Shown piece after piece: positions 7,654-11,779 of a DNA stretch of 11,779 nucleotides. The position numbers and the translations under genes are program-made. How positions within the stretch are numbered: position 1 is the stretch's first letter; each line of letters starts with the position of its first letter. The notes under the pieces are model-generated. The model saw only the letters and a program-made list of their open reading frames with translations. It ran no database searches and had not been told where the DNA came from. The stretch is from PVC group bacterium (GTDB taxonomy: Bacteria; GCA-001730085; JADFSZ01): NCBI GenBank assembly GCA_022560555.1, contig JADFSZ010000037.1:1-11779 (forward strand), read 5' to 3'.

Positions 7654-7732
7654 TATTTACTTTTTCTAGGTATAAGTCCTTTGATATCATAAGTTTCACG
7701 AAGAGTAACCTTTGCTTGGGTGGTTAGGTTTT

Positions 7733-9493
7733 ATGTTTATCTCCAGGGAGGCAATCAGCGAAATCCAGTCAAAGTGTGATATTGTTGATGTGATTTCCTT
7801 TCATATTCCGCTCAAGAAGATCGGAAAAAACTTCAAATGCTTGTGTCCTTTCCATCAAGAAAAAACCCCTTCCTTTGTTGTCAATCCTGACAAACAGATT
7901 TTTCACTGTTTTGGATGCGGAGTGGGGGGCAATGTGTTTTCATTTGTGATGGAATATGAAAAGGCGGATTTTCAGGAGGCCGTGCGAATTCTTGCAGAAC
8001 GCACGGGCGTATCGCTCAAAGAGGGTGATGCTGCCCGCAGACAGGTTCCCTCTATCCGGGATCAAATGTTTGATGTGAATGAAATGGCGATGAAGTATTT
8101 TCAAAAAATCCTGGAGCATCCCAAACATGGTCAAAGTGCGGCAGCCTATTTAAAAGAAAGGTTGATTACGGACAAATCCATCGAAAGCTTTCGCTTGGGA
8201 TTCTCTCCTAATGATTGGGTTGGTTTATTTCAGGCCGCAACGAAGAAAGAAATTCCCCCGCTCGTTTTAGAAAAGGCAGGGCTTATTATCAAAAATGATA
8301 CACGTAACTCGCATTACGATCGATTCCGAAATCGACTTATGTTTCCCATCCTCAATGTCTACAATAAGGTTATTGGCTTTGGGGCAAGGGCACTGGGTGA
8401 TGAGATGCCAAAGTATGTCAATACCCCCGAAACTGAAGTATTTAGTAAGGGCAGGCATCTCTATGGGTTGCACTTAGCTAAAAAGAGAATTTTGGAAGAT
8501 GATTTTGTTGTCATTGTTGAAGGGTACACGGATTGTATACGGCTGCATCAGGCCGGAGTTTCAAATTGTGTAGCTACCTTAGGAACGGCATTGACGAGCG
8601 AACACGCGCGTTTGATCAAAAGGTATACTACAAAAATACTGATAATTTTTGATGCGGATGCGGCTGGCCAAACGGCCATGTTGCGCAGCTTGGATTTGTT
8701 TTTGGAAGAAGATATGACGGTAAAAATCGCAACTCTTCCCGAGGGATATGATCCGGATTCGTATGTGTCGGAATTTGGACTAAACGGTTTTGAGAAACTT
8801 CACGCTCAAAGCAAGGACTTTTATCAATACAAAATGGATTTTTTGAAAAGAAGCGCAAAGACACTGGATATTCATGCTAAGGTTCGTATTTCGGATGAGA
8901 TGTTTTTAACCATTCGAAAAATTAACAACGAGATTATGCGTCAGGATTATCTGGCGCGCTTAGCGGACGATCTAGAGTTAGAGTCTTCCGTTGTTATCGC
9001 GGAGTATAATACGCGTCAGCAAAAACGTCCGGTTAAAAACAACTTCCAAGAAAAAGTTGCTCATAAGAGCAAAAAAAACGTCGCGGAAGAAATGCTTTTA
9101 AGGCTAATGTTTCATTATCCCCAGATGGTGGGTTATGTAAAAGAAAAACTTTCGCCTAGCCAATTTATGGATCCGGATCTCGCCAAAATCGCTACAAGTC
9201 TCATAGAAGACGAAGCGATTGATGAGCATATTGTTTCACGGATTATCAATCGTCTGCAGGACGTCCATCTGCACCAGTTGGTGGCGCGACTGAGTGAGGA
9301 GCCCTTTGAAACCCGGGAGCCGAAAGAGGCCATCAATGATTGTTTGCAGCGGATGTATGAGAACTTTCAAAAGAACAAGAAGGAGCAGCTAAAATTGATG
9401 ATCAAAAAAATGGAAGATGAGCGCAATTATGACGAAATGAACAAATATTTGAAAGAATATAAAATTTTAGCTGAAATGCAAACGAAAAGGTAG
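7733..9493 (+). CDS. dnaG: DNA primase
   Basis: The protein has the CHC2 zinc finger (CLCPFHQEKTPSFVVNPDKQIFHCFGCGVGGNVFSFV). It has the RNA-polymerase core motifs (RFRNRLMFPI, KYVNTPET) and the TOPRIM domain (VIVEGYTDCI ... IIFDADAAGQTA). I prefer ATG 7733 because it gives the usual spacing before the DIVDVI motif. The ORF track instead starts at the in-frame TTG at 7712. Confidence 0.9.
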   Translation: MFISREAISEIQSKCDIVDVISFHIPLKKIGKNFKCLCPFHQEKTPSFVVNPDKQIFHCFGCGVGGNVFSFVMEYEKADFQEAVRILAERTGVSLKEGDAARRQVPSIRDQMFDVNEMAMKYFQKILEHPKHGQSAAAYLKERLITDKSIESFRLGFSPNDWVGLFQAATKKEIPPLVLEKAGLIIKNDTRNSHYDRFRNRLMFPILNVYNKVIGFGARALGDEMPKYVNTPETEVFSKGRHLYGLHLAKKRILEDDFVVIVEGYTDCIRLHQAGVSNCVATLGTALTSEHARLIKRYTTKILIIFDADAAGQTAMLRSLDLFLEEDMTVKIATLPEGYDPDSYVSEFGLNGFEKLHAQSKDFYQYKMDFLKRSAKTLDIHAKVRISDEMFLTIRKINNEIMRQDYLARLADDLELESSVVIAEYNTRQQKRPVKNNFQEKVAHKSKKNVAEEMLLRLMFHYPQMVGYVKEKLSPSQFMDPDLAKIATSLIEDEAIDEHIVSRIINRLQDVHLHQLVARLSEEPFETREPKEAINDCLQRMYENFQKNKKEQLKLMIKKMEDERNYDEMNKYLKEYKILAEMQTKR

Positions 9494-9646
9494 TTGTTTT
9501 ATATATTCAACTCTATAACTAGAAGATATTCCGTACGTTACGTTTTTAATAATCAAAATGGCTAAAAAGGAAACGAGTCAATCTTGACAAAATAAAACTA
9601 AGAGGAAATCCTCAAAAAAGAAAGATTCTTAAAAAGGAAAAATACT

Positions 9647-11497
9647 GTGAAAAAGAAAAAGAGACCCTCAGGGAAACCATCCGTAAAGAAAAAGATGAAA
9701 ATTAGATTAAAGAGAGGCCATCCTGAAAAGAAAGGCGTCAAAAGAAACCATTCGATGACATCGTTAAGAAAGACTAAGATTCTTCCCCCGACGCAGGGAG
9801 ATGTCCGGCAGCGTCCCATGGGTGGGAAGCCTGCCGGGGCCGTGAGCACTATGGTTTACCAACCGTCGGCTCGAGAGGAGAAACGGGAGCAGAATGAGTT
9901 TGATAAATTATTGAAGACAGGTATTGAGCGCGGCTATTTAACGTACGATATGTTGAACGATATGCTCCCGTCCGATGTGACGGAAGCTGTTCATATTGAT
10001 GAAATATTAGATCGGCTGAATGAAGCTGGTGTGCGTGTTGTTGATGAGGCCGAAGCCGAGAGAATCGATAGGGAGGAAGTAACGGTGGGGCCGATAGACG
10101 CAAAAGCGGTTCAGGAAAATATCTCCTACCCTCAAGCCCGATCCGTAGACTCGGTTCGTATGTATCTGAAAGAAATGGGAGAAATTGATCTATTAACTCA
10201 CGTAGAAGAAATTGCATTAGCTAAAGCGATTGAAGCGGCCGAAGAAAAGCTTATGGATTGTGTCTTTTTGTCGCCGCTTATGATGAAAGAAATTTCTCAG
10301 ATCTTTAAGGGGGTTAAAAATAAAATCATTAATCCCGAGGATGTATTTGCTGATATTAATTATATCAAGAAGCATCGCGTATTAAGTAAAATCCCAAAAT
10401 GGGTGACAAAAATATCGAATATTCATAGAACAATTGCGGCCAATGTCAATCGTATCTCAAAAACACGCAATAATGAGAAGAAGAAACATCTGGACAATAA
10501 GATTAACGGCTACGAAAGAAAGATTGTTGAATTGTATCGCGGAATGAACCTGGATGCCGTGATGATTATTGAGATTGGCAAGAAGATAAAGATGATCTTT
10601 AACGAAGTTAAAAAATCGGATCTTAAAGTCAAAAAAATGAAAGATGGGAAAAATACTTCGAATAATCGGGCTGTTGAGAAAATTAAGTTAAGAAAACTTC
10701 TTTCTGAAACAAAAATGGATATTGCAGGATTGCGAAACTTGACGCATAGTATTGTTCGATGTGAATCGGAACTAGATGCTCGAAAAAAAGAGCTTGTGAG
10801 CGCTAATCTGCGTTTGGTAGTGAGCATCGCGAAAAAGTACACGAATAGGGGCTTGTCTTTCCTGGATTTAATTCAAGAAGGAAATATTGGCCTGATGAAA
10901 GCCGTTGACAAGTTTGAGTATCAGCGGGGGTATAAATTCAGCACATACGCAACATGGTGGATAAGGCAAGCCATTACACGTGCGATCGCGGATCAAGCAC
11001 GTACGATCCGCATCCCGGTTCATATGATTGAAACCATCAACAAGCTTCTTCGTATTACACGTAAGCTTGTACAGGAATACGGCCGTGAACCGACGCCTGA
11101 AGAAGTATCCGAGGAGTTGGAATTGCCCATCGAGAAGGTTCGGGGGATTATTAAAATTGCTCAAGAGCCCATTAGCTTACAGGCCCCCATCGGCGAAGAG
11201 GGCGACAGCCATTTTGGGGATTTTATTGAAGATAAAACAGCGATTAGTCCCGCGAGCGCGACAGCCTATTCTATGCTGAAAGAACAAATGAGTGATATTT
11301 TGGATTCATTGAGTGAGCGTGAGAAGAAAGTTCTTAAACTTCGATTTGGGATTATTGACGGCTATCCACGGACATTGGAAGAAGTGGGGCAGATTTTTAA
11401 TGTTACGCGTGAACGTGTGCGTCAAATTGAGGCAAAAGCCTTAAAGAAGCTGCGGCATCCTACACGGGCCCGTAAATTAGAGGGCTTTCTGGAATAA
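9647..11497 (+). CDS. rpoD: primary RNA polymerase sigma factor (sigma70, RpoD) with a basic N-terminal extension
   Basis: Region 1.2 is [15 protein letters not shown]. Region 2 is [74 protein letters not shown]. Region 4.2 is [33 protein letters not shown] 9647 is the first start after the in-frame stop at 9599-9601. Later in-frame ATGs at 9695, 9755, 9818 and 9851 are possible alternative starts. Confidence 0.9.
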   Translation: MKKKKRPSGKPSVKKKMKIRLKRGHPEKKGVKRNHSMTSLRKTKILPPTQGDVRQRPMGGKPAGAVSTMVYQPSAREEKREQNEFDKLLKTGIERGYLTYDMLNDMLPSDVTEAVHIDEILDRLNEAGVRVVDEAEAERIDREEVTVGPIDAKAVQENISYPQARSVDSVRMYLKEMGEIDLLTHVEEIALAKAIEAAEEKLMDCVFLSPLMMKEISQIFKGVKNKIINPEDVFADINYIKKHRVLSKIPKWVTKISNIHRTIAANVNRISKTRNNEKKKHLDNKINGYERKIVELYRGMNLDAVMIIEIGKKIKMIFNEVKKSDLKVKKMKDGKNTSNNRAVEKIKLRKLLSETKMDIAGLRNLTHSIVRCESELDARKKELVSANLRLVVSIAKKYTNRGLSFLDLIQEGNIGLMKAVDKFEYQRGYKFSTYATWWIRQAITRAIADQARTIRIPVHMIETINKLLRITRKLVQEYGREPTPEEVSEELELPIEKVRGIIKIAQEPISLQAPIGEEGDSHFGDFIEDKTAISPASATAYSMLKEQMSDILDSLSEREKKVLKLRFGIIDGYPRTLEEVGQIFNVTRERVRQIEAKALKKLRHPTRARKLEGFLE

Positions 11498-11523
11498 ACC
11501 ATTGGGCATCCTTTCTCTTCAGT

Positions 11524-11716
11524 GGGCCCTTAGTCCCTTCCAGGGATGAAATATCTTGGGTTCCAGACTTGGGGAGTCCCCAAAAGGGGACGAGATATTT
11601 CGGGCTCCAGGTTGGGGAGTACCCTATAGGGCACGAGATATTTCGGGCTCCAGGTTGGGGAGCTCTGCTGGTTACTCGCCACAAATCGGCGAGCAGGGAG
11701 CAGGGGATCATAATCT
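11524..11716 (+). pseudogene. degenerate duplicate of the 5' half of the downstream tRNA(CAU), interrupted by the repeat array
   Basis: CTCTTCAgTGGGCCCTTAG (11515-11533) matches the leader plus first 10 nt of the real tRNA, CTCTTCAtTGGGCCCTTAG (11729-11747), at 18 of 19 positions. GAGCAGGGGA-TCATAATC (11698-11715) matches tRNA positions 11760-11778 (GAGCAGGGGACTCATAATC) apart from a 1-nt deletion. No 3' half is present. Confidence 0.4.
11533..11703. repeat. tandem array of three ~43-nt modules, each a short GC hairpin plus a conserved ~29-30-nt core, ending in a longer hairpin
   Basis: The 30-mer ACGAGATATTTCGGGCTCCAGGTTGGGGAG occurs exactly at 11590-11619 and 11633-11662. A diverged copy lies at about 11547-11576. 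The cores are separated by hairpins: GTCCC-ttcca-GGGAT (11533-11547), GTCCCC-aaaa-GGGGAC (11576-11591) and GTACCC-tata-GGGCAC (11619-11634). A bipartite hairpin then follows: CTGCT..CTCGCC-acaaatc-GGCGAG..AGCAG (11665-11703). Confidence 0.7.
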
Positions 11717-11737
11717 AATATGTTTTTGCTCTTCATT

Positions 11738-11779
11738 GGGCCCTTAGCTCAGTTGGTTAGAGCAGGGGACTCATAATCC
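11738..11779 (+). tRNA. tRNA with CAU anticodon (Ile2/lysidine-type or elongator Met), 3'-truncated by the window edge
   Basis: The acceptor 5' strand is GGGCCCT. The D arm is GCTC-AGTTGGTTA-GAGC. The anticodon stem GGGGA leads into loop CT-CAT-AA. The sequence closely resembles what I recall of E. coli ileX (GGCCCCTTAGCTCAGTGGTTAGAGCAGGCGACTCATAATCGC). Ile2 and Met cannot be distinguished without the rest of the gene. Confidence 0.85.

Noticed and set aside
9532-9547. A possible terminator lies after dnaG (CGTA-cgt-TACG followed by TTTTT).
   Set aside because: The stem is only 4 bp with a 3-nt loop, too weak to call. dnaG-rpoD read-through is more likely.
9558-9587. A 9-aa ORF (MAKKETSQS) lies in the dnaG-rpoD spacer.
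   Set aside because: It is too short, has no RBS, and is in a different frame from rpoD. It is most likely a chance ORF.
9598-9849. An 83-aa minus-strand ORF rich in Phe lies opposite the rpoD 5' region.
   Set aside because: It is the antisense shadow of the Lys-rich (AAA/AAG) rpoD N-terminal coding stretch. It has no RBS, and its low-complexity composition is explained by the sense strand.
5032-11279. Short embedded ORFs lie inside the TPR gene, dnaG and rpoD. Examples are 5032..5223 (-), 6028..6273 (-), 6360..6629 (-), 8295..8477 (+), 10510..10842 (-) and 11028..11279 (+).
   Set aside because: They lie opposite or out of frame within well-supported genes and have no independent support.
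11547-11662. The 43-nt periodic repeats could be a CRISPR array.
   Set aside because: There are only three copies. The segments between the 29-30-nt cores are about 13-14 nt, far too short for spacers, and they are themselves related hairpins. No cas genes or leader are visible.
11460-11747. Three ORF-track ORFs lie over the rpoD-tRNA spacer: 11460..11711 (-), 11530..11736 (-) and 11556..11747 (+). They contain internally repeated peptides such as SPTWSPKYLVP.
   Set aside because: The repeated peptides are simply translations of the tandem DNA repeats. The ORFs overlap the end of rpoD or the start of the tRNA and lack RBSs. Three overlapping frames being open points to repeat and GC-hairpin composition, not to coding sequence.
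11524-11779. The region could be an intron-containing tRNA, for example with a group I intron as in some tRNA-Ile(CAU) genes.
   Set aside because: The extra sequence interrupts the D-arm region of an upstream partial copy, not the anticodon loop. That copy lacks any 3' half. An uninterrupted 5' half of the tRNA follows at 11738.

Overview
This window looks like ordinary core chromosome from a fairly low-GC bacterium. I cannot assign a lineage from the sequence alone. I see no multi-gene defence, secretion or mobile system. Gene order: a CPBP intramembrane protease (possibly 5'-partial), whose stop overlaps the start of mtnA; a convergent, stand-alone squalene-hopene cyclase (shc); long-form hisG; an unlisted 31-aa ultra-basic ORF; a 526-aa TPR protein; a SpoVG homologue; tRNA-Gln(UUG) with a clean terminator; dnaG and rpoD, an MMS-operon-like pair without rpsU; and a partial tRNA(CAU) at the right edge. 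Most intergenic regions carry near-consensus TTGACA -35 boxes. The items worth a second look are small-scale. (1) The 31-aa K/R-rich ORF resembles ribosomal protein bS22 (AURKAIP1/COX24 domain). (2) SpoVG has a four-Cys zinc-ribbon insertion and a long tail. (3) A hairpin-plus-core tandem repeat array lies downstream of rpoD. (4) That array sits inside a degenerate duplicate of the 5' half of the adjacent tRNA(CAU). (5) RpoD has a lysine-rich N-terminal extension. (6) GATAA/TTATC motifs cluster upstream of tRNA-Gln. All family calls rest on motifs I recognised by eye, with no database search.
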